From Rhizophagus irregularis (lineage: Eukaryota), in contig NC_089430.1 of assembly GCF_026210795.1 (NCBI RefSeq), positions 1,178,001-1,242,000 on the forward strand: a stretch of 64,000 bases of DNA, given 5' to 3'. How positions within the stretch are numbered: position 1 is the first letter of the stretch; each line of letters begins with the position of its first letter. Below the pieces are notes generated by a model. It was not told where the DNA came from and did not search any database. It saw only the letters and a program-made list of their open reading frames with translations. Made by a program: the position numbers and the translations under genes. Positions 27,501 through 40,070 of the stretch are shown here, one piece after another.

Positions 27501-28495
27501 ATTTGTGGGTTACCTCCATATCATGATGTATGTCATGACAATATTTTGGCAATAAGAATTTGCCAAGGACTTAGGCCAAGGTTTAATATTATAGTACCAC
27601 AATTAATTGTAAATTTAATTAAAAGATGTTTAGATGCAAATCAATTAAATCGTCCAACAGCAAAAGAAATTAAAGAAATTTTGGCGCAATGGTGTTGCGA
27701 AGTGTTTAATAATCAAACAGAATTAGGAAAGCAAATTATAGAAGCAGAAGAAATAAATAATAATTTACCAGTGAACAGTACACCTTCAATCAGTTTAGGG
27801 TTATCATATACAATGCATTCAAAAGCTATTTATACAAGTAAATTACTTAATTTTAATAATCTTTCCAAACCAAAAAATACTGATGATTATTATGAGCAAA
27901 ATGATAATATAATTAGCTTGAAATCTTTAGGTATTATATATTAAAGAATAATTGAATTAATTGTAAAAAATGCTAATATATTTTTATTTATAAATAGCAT
28001 CTTTACAAATTGATATTTCTAAATTGAATATTAATGATCTTTTAAAACCAAAAAAATCCTGATGTTCGTTATGATAATATGATTAGCATGGAATCTTCAG
28101 GTATTTTTAAAAGAATATTCCAAATTAATGATAACTATACTAATAATAATTCATTCATTAAGCAGAATCCTTACAAATTGATAATTTACAATTAAGAATT
28201 GGTGCTGAACCAGATAATTCTGATTATTCTTACGAAAAAAATGATGATATGATTTCTTCAGGTATTTATTAAAAAAGTATTCAAAAAATTAAAAAATAGT
28301 ACATATTAATTAATTTATTATTCATTAAATAGAATCTCTACAAATTGATATTTCTCAAGTCTCAACTGAACGTTAGTAAAAATGGTCTTAAATATAAATA
28401 GAAAACAAAGCTATTATATATATGTAGAATATACTTATTTTATTTGTTCGTTTTTTAGACCAGGATAGCCAATCTAAAGGCAAAGAAAAAATTTA
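24530..28495 (+). pseudogene. Disrupted TKL-like kinase with four tandem N-terminal modules; the catalytic part (26640-26999, 27069-27930) is open
   Basis: Four copies of CxxC..F..NWTSGN..IDKFIQ..WIPY modules. Frameshifts occur near 25113, 26127 and 26320, and a MITE sits in a coding exon. The kinase domain has GGFG, VALK, HRDLHAGN, DMG and APE. Short repeated 3' exons follow to about 28495 (end approximate). Confidence 0.8.
25490..25877. mobile_element. CCC-ended MITE (CMC/CACTA-like, 388 bp) in a kinase exon
   Basis: CCCTATGAAAAAAAAATTCTTT..AAAGAATTTTTTTTTTATAGGG with perfect 3-bp TSD ATT. The interior is a foldback of AAAATATACTT repeats. Removing it restores PASITSKYIDK|GT. Confidence 0.9.
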
Positions 28496-31400
28496 GACCG
28501 ACTATAACCATTTTGCTATATCTATTAGTTATTGTAGAATTTTTTTTCTAATTATATTTTCACCATTATGGTTTAAAAATTTAATTATCATTAATCTTCG
28601 TAGAAAGGTGATAAATTTAAACTTTATTATAGTTTAAAGAAGAGGTTATTTTTTCTTTTTTTATTTTGCTTTTCATTTAATAATTAGTGAATTGCAACTT
28701 TTGAGTAGTTATAATGATAAAATGGAAGAATAGGAGAAGGAATAGAAATATTGTTAGATAAAATTTTAAATTATACTGGTCTCATTGTTTAACTTTTATG
28801 TATTTTTATTCAGTTATCTTATATTTACTCAATTCATTAATTAAACAAAAACTTTTTAAAACTAAAATGTAGAGTAATAAAATTAATAATTTGTTTCTAA
28901 TTAAAAAAATTAAATTATATTGCAAAATGGAATAAAATGTTCAGTTGTCCATAATTACTATATTACAGCTTTACTGATGATATTTTTTAATTTATCCATT
29001 AAGGTCGAATTCACATAAAAGAACTAGTAACTCATAAATTTATTTATCTTTTTTTTAAAGTAAACAACTCAGCTAAACGCATTTCTTTATTAAGTAAATA
29101 ATGTATGAGAACAAGTTATATAGTGAACATAGAAATACTTGAAATTATACAATAACGAATCTCTCCATTCCGAGCGAACTTTGGCCCCTACCAGTCACCT
29201 TTAACCATTACAAATAACCCAAAAAAAAAATTATATTAAAGAAAGAAAGTCACAAATTCGGGAGGAAAAGCAAGATCACATAAAAACCCTAGGATATTTG
29301 TAACCTTCTAAACGAAAATAAATACCAGACGCCACCCTACATATAGAATCTAAAACAAAAAACAAACACTATTAACGCAAAGGATGGCTACAAAAAAAAA
29401 GATGATGTAATCTATTTGTGCGAACTAAATGTGGTTCAAAAATTACGTAATCGTTATCGATCATACCATCACCGCGGTGCTGACGACAATCCAAAACTTC
29501 CGAATTTGTTCCAAGCACATGTAAAATTTGTACTGCGCCACATAACTGAAAAAATTCTCAAGAAGCCTTAGAAACACGAAGCCCAGAAACAATCCAAGTA
29601 TAGCCGAAATCGAGAAAACGTTGTCGGTCCTCGTTCAAAACTTATAGTTTACCGCAGAAACAGCGTGGTGCGCAAAGCCCTTTATATTTATATGGTAAAG
29701 AACGCTTGTCATTTGACCTGTAAAAAATCTGATCCGTGTTTTATCTTTACATATTTTCTCCGTAAATGTATCATTTTAATGGAATTTATAGCCTTAAATC
29801 ATGGAAATTTTCATCTCGCTAACATGGATATCCGTGAATGTATCATTTTCACGGAATTTTTACGGAAGACACGGAGAAATAATGGAAATATTCGGATAAA
29901 AATTTTTATAGGGTTGTTGGCAAGTAGAACTCTTGCAAAAGGCCTATAATAGTTTTCTTCTTATCAACTATCCATGACAAAAGGCTCAAACCGAAAGTAA
30001 AGGAGCAAAAAACAAGTTGGTATTGTGTTTGGTGTCAAAAAATGAACTTTTTATAAGCATTTTATGAACTTTTCCAACTATTGTTATGTCCTAAATTTGT
30101 GGACCAGTTATTATTATACTTACCATATACAGTAATACTATATTAACAATATTTAATTCTAGTAACAATTTCTTTTAAAGTTTTATAATATACTTAAAAA
30201 TTATATATTTGGAAAAGTTAATAGAATTTTGTTGAAATTGTTATTTAGATAACTATATTTATTTTTTTTTTATTGAGTGTTAGGCAACAACTAAATACTT
30301 TAAAGACATTAATTAATATTACTGATGATAAATTATCTTCTAAACAAAATAATTCATCCTCACAAGATAATTCAATTAATGATAATGTTGAATTACAAAA
30401 TCATGTGTTCCTCTTCAAAAAATTTCTTTGTCTCCAAATTCCTTAGGAAATGAAATGCCTATATTTCAAAATTGTACCTTTTCAAATGTTTCTTTTTACA
30501 TACAAAAATAGTTTCGATTTTATAATTCTTTATGTATAAATGCAAATAATATAATATCATTTTTTATCTTCAATAGTATAATAATAAGTTTAATAATAAA
30601 AGTGTAATTTATTATGTGATATAAACATGTTCCGTGAAAATATCAGTAAAAAAAGTCACAGAAATTGATTAGTAAAAACCGTGGGATAATAAAAATTATT
30701 CTTTTAACGCAATTGTTAATATAAGGATTTTAAAATTATTCTCTTGATTTCAGTTGACATAACTATCCCTTATGTAGAAAAAAAAACAAATAATAATATA
30801 ATGATAATCAAGATTTTAAATATGATTTAATCCTAATTCATAATATTAAAGTTAATTTCAAGCTTGATTGATGGTACTTAATTTCAGAGGAATTGTATTT
30901 CTTTATTTCCATAAACAGGGTTCTATGATCTATCGCCTGCATCTTATTCTTCATTCTGATTCTTTCCATAAAAGCTGATAATTCTTAACCACAACGTAGC
31001 TACAAAAAGAATAGCATAATTTATGTGAAATTGTTACATGGTTCATTCTTGCTATAAATAATTTTCTCGATTAACAAATATAGAAAGAACGGCTGGCATA
31101 AAATATTCACATTATATTTGATACTTGATTAGCACAATAGGACCTTTTTTGCTATAAAAGTTTCATAATCAATTTTGTTAATCATACGAATTTCAAATTC
31201 GGAATTTGAAAGTTAGAATAACCTTACATTTTTTTTTGAACATATAAAAATATAATAAATATTAAAATAATAATCTTTAATATTCATTCGTATTGATTTA
31301 AATTTAGTTTTACAAATTAATAATTATGCAATGTCACGTACTGGACGGATAGTAAGTATAATGTCCCTTGTGTCCCTTAGGGTTGGCGCTTTATTGCAAA

Positions 31401-31743
31401 ATTATTGCATGACACATAAATTCCGTGATCATATAGGGAATATGATTTTTTGGTCAAAAACATAAGATATACTTTTTTTCGTACCACAAACTTCCTATAA
31501 AATTCATGAATAGTCTTATCGATTAATAATTAATAGAAACTCATTCTTTCCATAAAAATTCTCCTATTTTAGCCGATAAAGCATAAATTAAATAGATAAA
31601 TGATTCCATACTTGCCAAAAAAAGCCGATTGATAATGATCATCACGTATTCATTTATTGGATTTTGTCGATCACATGGATCACATAAATTTTTATAAAAG
31701 CATAGCAGAATTATTTTGATTAATTACTAATACTATTCGTATT

Positions 31744-33129
31744 ATGGATCAATCAAACGAAGAAGAAAATAAACATGGATGGTGTGTAGAATGTCAACAA
31801 ATAAATACTGGACGGCTTTGGTGTCGAGCTTGTAATTCAAAAAGATTTCAACAAAATTTTAGTAATTGGACTAGTGGCAATGATGACGTTGATAAATTTA
31901 TTCAGAACTGTCAGTTGTTAGCAAAAGATAAATTTCAATTATTAGAGTGGATACCTTATGATAGATTTTATAATATTAAATATGTTGCAAAAGGAGGATT
32001 TGGTAAAGTATATAGCGCAATTTGGAAGGACGGACATATATCACATTGGAATCTGAGTAAAAATAGTTGGGAAAGGCGTGGTTCAAATAAACATGTGGCT
32101 CTTAAAAGTTTAAATAATTCACAGAATATCACATTGGATTTTATTAATGAGGTATAAATTAATTATTGTGAAAATTTTTTATGTTTATTTTTATTTGTTA
32201 ATTCACCAGTAATTTATTTAATAATTTAGATTATACCACATGTTGAATTAATTCTACCAAATCAATACATTGGATATTATGGAATAAGTCAAGACCCAGA
32301 CACTAAAGATTATATTATAGTTTTGACGTATGCTGGAAAATTACAAAATTATTTTAAACGTAAAGCGCCATATAATAGAAAACAGCCTTTTGATTTAAAA
32401 CTGAGACGTAGGATTATTGCTTTGCTAGATATTGTAAATGGACTTAAGAAAATTCATGAAAAAGAAATACTTCATCGAAATTTACATGTTGGAAATATAT
32501 TAGTCTTTAAAAAAATAGCTTACATAACTGACATGGGATTATGTAAACCAACAAATTACAAGGAATTTAATATTACGGATAATAGTGTGTATGGTGTTTT
32601 ACCTTATGTAGCTCCTGAAATTTTAAGGGGACAACCTTACACTAAAGAATCCGACATTTATAGTTTTGGTATAATTATGTATGAAGTAATTTCAGGAATA
32701 CCTCCATATAATGGAATTGAACATAATGAATATTTAGCATTGAAGATCTGTGAAGGGTTGAGACCGAGATTTAGTATTAATGTACCTCAATTAATTTTGC
32801 ATTTAATTAAAAGGTGTTTAGATGCAAATCCACTAAATCGACCAGATGTGAAGGATCTTTCAAAAATTTTTCATGAATGGTTAGATGAATTTAAGCGACA
32901 TAATAGGGAAAAAACAGAATCAACTAAAACAGAATTAATTAAACAAATTGAGGAATCAGAAAAAATTAATAATAGCTCAACAGTTTCTACTAATTTATCT
33001 TTAACAAATGAACTGTGTTCTAAAGATATTTATACAAGTAAATTACTTAATTTTAATAATCTTTCTGAACCAAAAAATTCTGACGATTATTATGAAAATT
33101 ATGATAATATATCGAGTATTTTATTATAG
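31744..33129 (+). CDS. TKL-like kinase-fold protein, probable pseudokinase (exons 31744-32151, 32230-33129)
   Basis: CxxC/WCxxC N-terminus, WTSGN, WIPY, GGFG, VALK. The phase-0 intron keeps the frame. The catalytic loop reads HRNLHVGN; DMG and APE are present. Confidence 0.88.
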
Positions 33130-34433
33130 GGTTGTTTATTTTTGGGTACAAATATATTGTTCGAAATCTACAACTTTTTTTTTTATTAAGTTTAGCAAAA
33201 TCATTTTATGATCATCTAATTTGATCATAATACAAAGATTGAAATACAAAGAGATTTAATTCATTCGTAATTAACTGTATAAGTTATTTTTACGAGAGAT
33301 ATTTTATCATTGGAAATTTTATTTTGATAAATGGATGTATGTACAACGCTGACTAATCATAGTGAATCATAATTTTTCCTTATATAATTAAGATAAATAA
33401 ATCAGTCTGTAATTGAACAATATTTTCATTTTCATATTTATAAATTTATTATATTTAGTGAGTTTATTAAAAAATATATATATATATAATGTAAAATTGA
33501 AAACTACGGTATTACACTTATTTCTAGAACTGGTGACCGGCACCACATCATGCGATTTATAAAATTTTTATTTTATGCAGTGTAAAATTTGTTTACCTTG
33601 ATCACATGACCCTATAGTTTCGATAATCATATTAGGGTTATGAATAGAATCGTCAAGACCTTGACGACATTGTGGATCTTGGGTAATGGTAATTGAGGCG
33701 ATAGTATTATTTGTAATTTTTACTAGAGGAAACTCAGTAGGTTCAATAAAGTTGCTAATTATTTTCAGTCATACGAGTGTCTTACCCTTTTTCGTTATGT
33801 TTTTTATGTTGTTTAATTTATTTATTTCTGATAGTATTTTCCGAGTTCTCACTGTCACTAATAGCTTCAGACGAGCCAAATACTGTAAGTAGTATCTTTG
33901 GATGCTTGTGCAACGGTGGCCAATCAATTTTAAATTCAATCATGGACTGCTGAAACCAATCAATCAATCAATCAAGAAATTTGGGAGCAACAAATTTCAT
34001 TGTTCAATTACAAACTGATTTTATTTATGTAAAGAAATCTATAATTAGCGTTAAACATAAACTAGATGCTTGTCGTGTACTGTAATTATCAAGAGCATGA
34101 AAAAAATAAATAAAATAAAATAAGGATAAGAAATAAAATAAAATAAGAAATAAATAAAATAAAAAAAGTTTCATGATACACTATAATTAGTGTTAAACAT
34201 AAACTATATACTTGCTATATACTGTAATTATCAGGAGCATAAAAAAAATAATAATAAAACAAAATAAAAATAAAATAAGCAAATCATATAATAAACTATG
34301 ACCGGTGTTGAACGAAAACCATGTGTGTTTTCAATCACATATAATATCATTTAATATCAAAAACGAAAAAAGTATATAAATAAATCAAAATGCATCTTAA
34401 TTATTCTATGATTTTTAACTTGTATTCGTAAAT

Positions 34434-36032
34434 TTAATCAGTAATTGCACATTCTAAACAATCGTCATTACTGAATTTTAGAAAATACTCTGTAAAAGAA
34501 TTAAGTAATTAATATAAATAATATGTTAACAAATAAAAAATTTGTTTAAATTAAATTGTTTAATACCTGAATACTTGATTATGTTATCACTTGATTCATA
34601 ATAATCATCAGAATTCTTTGGTTCGGGAAGATTATTAAACTTAAGTGCTCTACTTTTATAAGTACTATCCTCTGAATGTATCATTTTATTTGTCAAAGGT
34701 GGATTACTAGTAGCCGATAAACTATTATTAAGTTCTTCAATTTGTTCAACTAATTCTGATTTACTTTTCTTATGACTTCTAATCTCTTTAATCCATTGAC
34801 GAAAAATCCTTGCTAATTCTTTTGCTCGTGGGCGGTTTAATGGATTTGCATCTAAACATCTTTTAAATAAGTACACAATTAATTGAGGTACTTTGGTGGT
34901 ATCGAATTTAGGTCTTAATCCCTGACAGATATTTAGTGCTAAAAATTCATCCTGAGCAACATTATAATATGGAGGCAATCCTGAAATTATTAAATACATA
35001 ATTATACCCAAACTATAAATATCAGAAGCTTGGGTATAATTTCCTCCTCTTAAAATTTCAGGAGCCATATAAGGTAAAACACCATACTTCTTATCTTCTA
35101 ATTCATCATAATTTGCCGGTTTACACAATCCCATATCAGTTATACAGCTTATTTTGTCAGATACTATATTTCCAACATGTAAATCTCGATGAATTAGTTC
35201 TTTGTCATGAATTCCATTAAGTCCACTTGAAATATCAGATAAAATATAGAGTTTATTTATCCACAATCTCAACAAAGCCTCTTCACTCGTATTATAAATT
35301 TTATATCTTTTCAATTTCAAAGCACTTTGTAAATTTCCATTTCTAGCATAATTCGTAACTATAATATATTCCTTTGTAATGGGATCTTGAGATATTCCAT
35401 GACATTTAATAACATTTCGTATATACTCATTTTCATGAATTTTAAGGTATGATGTAATCTAATTATTTTTTAAAAAATTGGTTAATAAATTAATAAATTA
35501 AAAATAATCAAAATTATTAATAAGTTAAATTATATTATCATACTTCACTAATAAATTCTAATGTAATATTTTGCGATTCATTTAAACTTTTAAGAGCTAC
35601 TTGTACTTTTGCATATCTTTGCAGTTGATTTTTATACTTATCCCAAAGTAAAATAAAGCCGTCTTTCCAAATTGCACTATATACTTTACCAAATCCTCCT
35701 TTTGCAACATATTTAATATTATAAAATCTATCATAAGGTATCCATTCTAATACTTGATAACGATTTCTCGCTGTTAATTGAGTATTTTGAATTAACTTAT
35801 CAATGTCATCATTACCACTAGTCCAATTACCAAAATTTTGTTGAAATCTTTTTGAATTACAAATTTGACACCATTCTTTCTGTGTATTTACTTGCTTGCA
35901 TTCAAAACATTTTCCATATTTTTTCTCACAATATTTTGAAAAACACGTCTCACAAAATTTTGTTTCTGAATCTACTTGTTTGCATCGAATACACTTTTTG
36001 TATTTTATTTCTTTTTCATTCAATTGATTCAT
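34434..36032 (-). CDS. TKL-like protein kinase (exons 36032-35544, 35458-34567, 34489-34434)
   Basis: Several CxxC pairs, WTSGN, GGFG, VALK, HRDLHVGN, DMG, APE. GT-AG introns sit at positions shared with the paralogues. It is convergent with the 31744 gene. Confidence 0.9.
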
Positions 36033-37292
36033 AGCTTAAATATATTATTTGTATGTTTTCTACTGAAAATTTATTAAAAAAATCGCAACAAATGTAGAGT
36101 ATATAAGCATGATTGATAGGATCGACAAATGAAACTTGTTTAGGACTCCCATTCTTACCGAGATTTATTTCATTATTAACTGAAATAGATTAACTACATT
36201 TATAGAAAGAATGAATTTTTTTGTGATTCATCTTGATAGACATCTCAATTTGTATAAGTTGTTAGCTTCTTATGGAAAAATAAAACAGTGTTGACGCAAG
36301 TAATACTATTCAACCATATATTGAATCATACAAGAAAACTTTTAATGTGAATAAATTAATTTCTAACTTTTCAATGTAACATCAAAGAAATGCATACTAA
36401 TATTTTAAAGGAAAAAATGAAATTTATATTACTCAAAGATCTATAAATGATATAATTTCCATATTTAAAAGTTAATGACTAGTTTCACTAACAATAAAAT
36501 TTAAGCCGTACCAAATTACCCGGGTCTTCATATGATGCAGTAACACTTAGTGTGATAGGGCCCAGAAATATATATACAGGGTAGGGTACACAGATGCGTC
36601 ACCATTATAATGGAGTTAGACGGATGGTTTGCGCACAATTTAAGATTTCATCCATAGTTATGTCATCAAGATTGCGTATTTTTATAAAAATTTTTATATG
36701 TAAAAAATTAATTTGCGAATTTTGGCTTAAATTTAGTTGATTTTATATATATTAATATATTAACTGTACGTACTTATTTAGCTAACCGCATTGTAATCTT
36801 CAGTATTAATTGAAGGAAATTCTAAGGATTGGAAAGTATAATTTTGACTATTTTGAAAAATATTATTTAAAAATGGTAAAATAGGACAAATTTTATTTTT
36901 CATATTAATATTTGATTTTATAAATAATACATCGGGAGTTGTATTCTATGTAGATTTATGTGAAAAAATATATGTAAAATCTACATACGCTATTCTATGT
37001 AGTTTTAAGGACCCAACGTGGAATTCACATGGATCTGATTTTACGTGTAAAATTGATTTATATGGAATTTATATAAATTTTTTATTTAGATTCAAATAAA
37101 TTTTATGTATTTTTTAAATAGTTAATATTATAAATTGTAAATTGCGAATTTATTATTATTTACTTTAAATAGTATGCAATATTACGTCTTTCTATAGCTA
37201 TTACATTTTATGACTAACTAGTAATCATCTGATGATACTGAAATAGAATCATTATTATTACTTTCATCATCCTATAAAAAATATCATATTAA

Positions 37293-38005
37293 TGTTACCA
37301 CCGATTTGTGTAGTTCGGGAGGGCAGTAACAGAAATATATACGGGTTAATTTATAGAATTTGACTAACAATAGGCAGTAATCGGCAATAAATCGTGAGGA
37401 AATGGGTAGGGTTTATCAACAATTAGCAATAGATTTATAAACAATGTATATTTATTGAATGTATAACAATCGGAAATAAAATTGACAATAAAAACAATAA
37501 CGAAATGTATAAAATTGGAGTGATCGGCGGGTTCTTTATTAACAATTACAAAAGAATTTCCTAATATTACTGCCTCTGCCGGCGCTCTGTAATATTCCCA
37601 AGGTTCTATCTAAGTGTTAATAATCGAAAAATCACTTCCCCGAAACCTCAGCGGAATTTCTTCCCTTAAATATTATTCAAAATTTGGGACGATTAGTGCT
37701 TTGGCCAACTCGCCCGTTATTCAAATCGTCCAAAGTACAACTCGTTTTCCGGTCAAATCGTCCATTGTACGAATCACCCATCACAGCCATAATTGATTCC
37801 CACCAAGCCATACGCCACATTTCCTATAAACTATATATATAAATTGTATAAATAAACTATATAAATAAAATAAACTATACTATATAAATAAACTATATCA
37901 AATAAAAATAAAATAAACTAAATATAAATAAATAAATAAATAAATAAAATATACTATAAAAAAATAAATCATATAAGAATAACTATATAAAAAATTCCCG
38001 TGACA
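37293..38005 (-). repeat. 3' LTR (713 bp)
   Basis: Direct repeat of 44901-45613; only two mismatches were seen by eye. Confidence 0.97.
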
Positions 38006-38014
38006 TTACCCCCT
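38006..38014 (-). other. Polypurine tract
   Basis: Minus strand AGGGGGTAA immediately before the TG of the 3' LTR. Confidence 0.65.
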
Positions 38015-38041
38015 GAAGAAGGGTGAGCCCCTGCGAACCTT

Positions 38042-38659
38042 TTACAAGGTTTCGCGCATTATTCGTCGAGCTTCCGGTAATAATTCGTCATAAAAGTCTC
38101 CTTCACTCATTTTAGTTAAACGCGTCGGGCAAATGTAGGCGACTTTAGTCAGACATTGGACTCCTCTTATCGCGAAGAGTTCGTAAACTCTCCGAGAAGT
38201 TTTCTTAACATCTTTAGCGAATCGTTGTCCAACTTGTTCTTGAAGGATTCCATAGTCCTTCTTCGTCCATCCTCGAAGAGACAAGAGCTCGCCTAAATAA
38301 TAATAGACCTCTAATCTTTCGTGAACGCTTTTCTGTCGGAAGGTGGTCTGTCGTATCATTCGGGTTAATTTCCTCAATAGTTCATCTTCGTTCCCTCCAA
38401 GATAATTCGGTCTTTGATACTCGTAATTTGTCAGGTGATGAAGGTCTATCTTACAACGATGCACGATTTCGCTTTGTTCATCGTAGTCTAGAATCGTCTT
38501 AAAATCAATAGAAACGATTCTTTCGGCATCAGAAAGCAACAAATTCGTTGGGGTGATGTGAAACTCTTCATACTCCCCTTTTTCCTCTAACCACAATTGT
38601 AAGAGAGCCTTCAGTTGTCCTTTGAACTTTTCGGAGAAGGTTTCCATGATAACTGTCAT
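38042..38659 (-). CDS. Extra ORF (205 aa) in the env position of the retroelement; unknown, apparently soluble and helical
   Basis: Intact ATG-initiated ORF between the integrase and the PPT, with element-like composition. No obvious signal peptide or TM segment. Confidence 0.75.
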   Translation of the reverse strand: MTVIMETFSEKFKGQLKALLQLWLEEKGEYEEFHITPTNLLLSDAERIVSIDFKTILDYDEQSEIVHRCKIDLHHLTNYEYQRPNYLGGNEDELLRKLTRMIRQTTFRQKSVHERLEVYYYLGELLSLRGWTKKDYGILQEQVGQRFAKDVKKTSRRVYELFAIRGVQCLTKVAYICPTRLTKMSEGDFYDELLPEARRIMRETL

Positions 38660-38721
38660 TTTTCGTCCTTTGAAGAGTCACGGCTATTTAAATGTCTTTT
38701 GGCTGGTCTCTTCTCACGCTA

Positions 38722-39981
38722 TTAATTAGTAATCGTTCTTTCATAATATGAGCGAATCTGGTCTGCGTGGACAACTTTTTTCCGAAGTTTTCCCTCTAAG
38801 GTCCTTAACTTGTAAGTTCCGTTTGGTCTCACATCATGAATGTAATAAGGGCCATGCCACTTTGAGTCAAGTTTCTTGGCTCTAAAGTTGCGTAATAGGA
38901 CCTTTTCACCAATTTGGTACCGGTGTTCCTTAATTTGTTTGTTATGTCGTTCTACTTGCCGTTTTTGCGCATGTTGAATATTCTCATTTGCTTGCTGTCG
39001 ATCATCAATCAAGTTTCCGGCTAGCTGACCTAATCGTCGGAAATATAAATCTTCAAAGCCTCGATCGGATCTATCCTCAAAAGGATAAGTTGGAACTTCC
39101 AGTTCGATCGGCAATACTGCGTCTCGCCCATAGGTGAGGTAAAAAGGTTCATAACGGGTAATGTTTTGACGCATGGTTCGATAGGCAAACAAAGCCGAAG
39201 GGATGAATAAATCCCAATCATCTTTTCTTTCTATACAATATTTCGCTAAAAGTTCACAAAGGGTCCGATTAAACCTTTCTACGAGACCATTCGTCTGTGG
39301 ATGATAGGCAACAGACAATCGGTGCGTTATACCAAGGCGTTTACACAACGAATCGAGCATCTCGTTAACGAAGTGTGTCCCTTGGTCGGTTAACAATTCC
39401 TTGGGGCACCCGTGGCGGCAAACAATATCTTCGTAGAAAAACGAGACTACCGAAGTAGCCTTTGCGTCCGGAAGAGCACGTGCTTCTGGCCACTTTGTCA
39501 GATATTCGGTGGCTACTACAATATACTGATTGCCTTTCTTGGTCAATGGTAGGGGTCCCACGATGTCCATCCCAATCCGGTCGAAAGGTTGACCCACTTT
39601 AATAGGGTGAAGAGGTTCGGTTTTGATCGGCCGCTTCCTTCTTTGACAAGTATCACATGCTTGTACATAAGCTTTGATGTCGTCGCCCATCTGGGGCCAA
39701 AAATACTTTTCCTTTATTGCGCGAAAAGTTTCATTGAATCCAAAATGTCCAGCGAGTGGATCATCATGGAAGCCACGCAATATTATTTCCATTTCATTCT
39801 TTTTGATCACTCGCATCGGTCGTTGAGGATTTCTTATATTTCGTCGGTATAATATGCCATTCTTTATTATATAACTGCGGGCTTTATTCTTAAAATTCCT
39901 TAATTGAGTAGTATCGAAGTCTGCAGGTAGCGTTAAGTCATCCAAGTATCGTATCAATCGGTAGTATGTATCCGTATCCAT
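38722..39981 (-). CDS. Stand-alone retrotransposon integrase (419 aa)
   Basis: HHCC zinc finger (HDDPLAGH..CDTC), DDE core (MDIVGP, LTDQG, LVERFN) and GPY module. No chromodomain is evident. Confidence 0.93.
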   Translation of the reverse strand: MDTDTYYRLIRYLDDLTLPADFDTTQLRNFKNKARSYIIKNGILYRRNIRNPQRPMRVIKKNEMEIILRGFHDDPLAGHFGFNETFRAIKEKYFWPQMGDDIKAYVQACDTCQRRKRPIKTEPLHPIKVGQPFDRIGMDIVGPLPLTKKGNQYIVVATEYLTKWPEARALPDAKATSVVSFFYEDIVCRHGCPKELLTDQGTHFVNEMLDSLCKRLGITHRLSVAYHPQTNGLVERFNRTLCELLAKYCIERKDDWDLFIPSALFAYRTMRQNITRYEPFYLTYGRDAVLPIELEVPTYPFEDRSDRGFEDLYFRRLGQLAGNLIDDRQQANENIQHAQKRQVERHNKQIKEHRYQIGEKVLLRNFRAKKLDSKWHGPYYIHDVRPNGTYKLRTLEGKLRKKVVHADQIRSYYERTITN

Positions 39982-40070
39982 GGCTGGGTTAAATCAATAG
40001 GGTAATCCGAAAATCAAAATCAAAAAATGCGTGTGTCCCGGGTATTGTTTGGAAAAAGATTTTACTTCTA

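Noticed and set aside
37614..37796. 60-aa ORF duplicated at 45222-45404
   Set aside because: It lies antisense within the LTRs with a GTG start, and the LTR explains the duplication.
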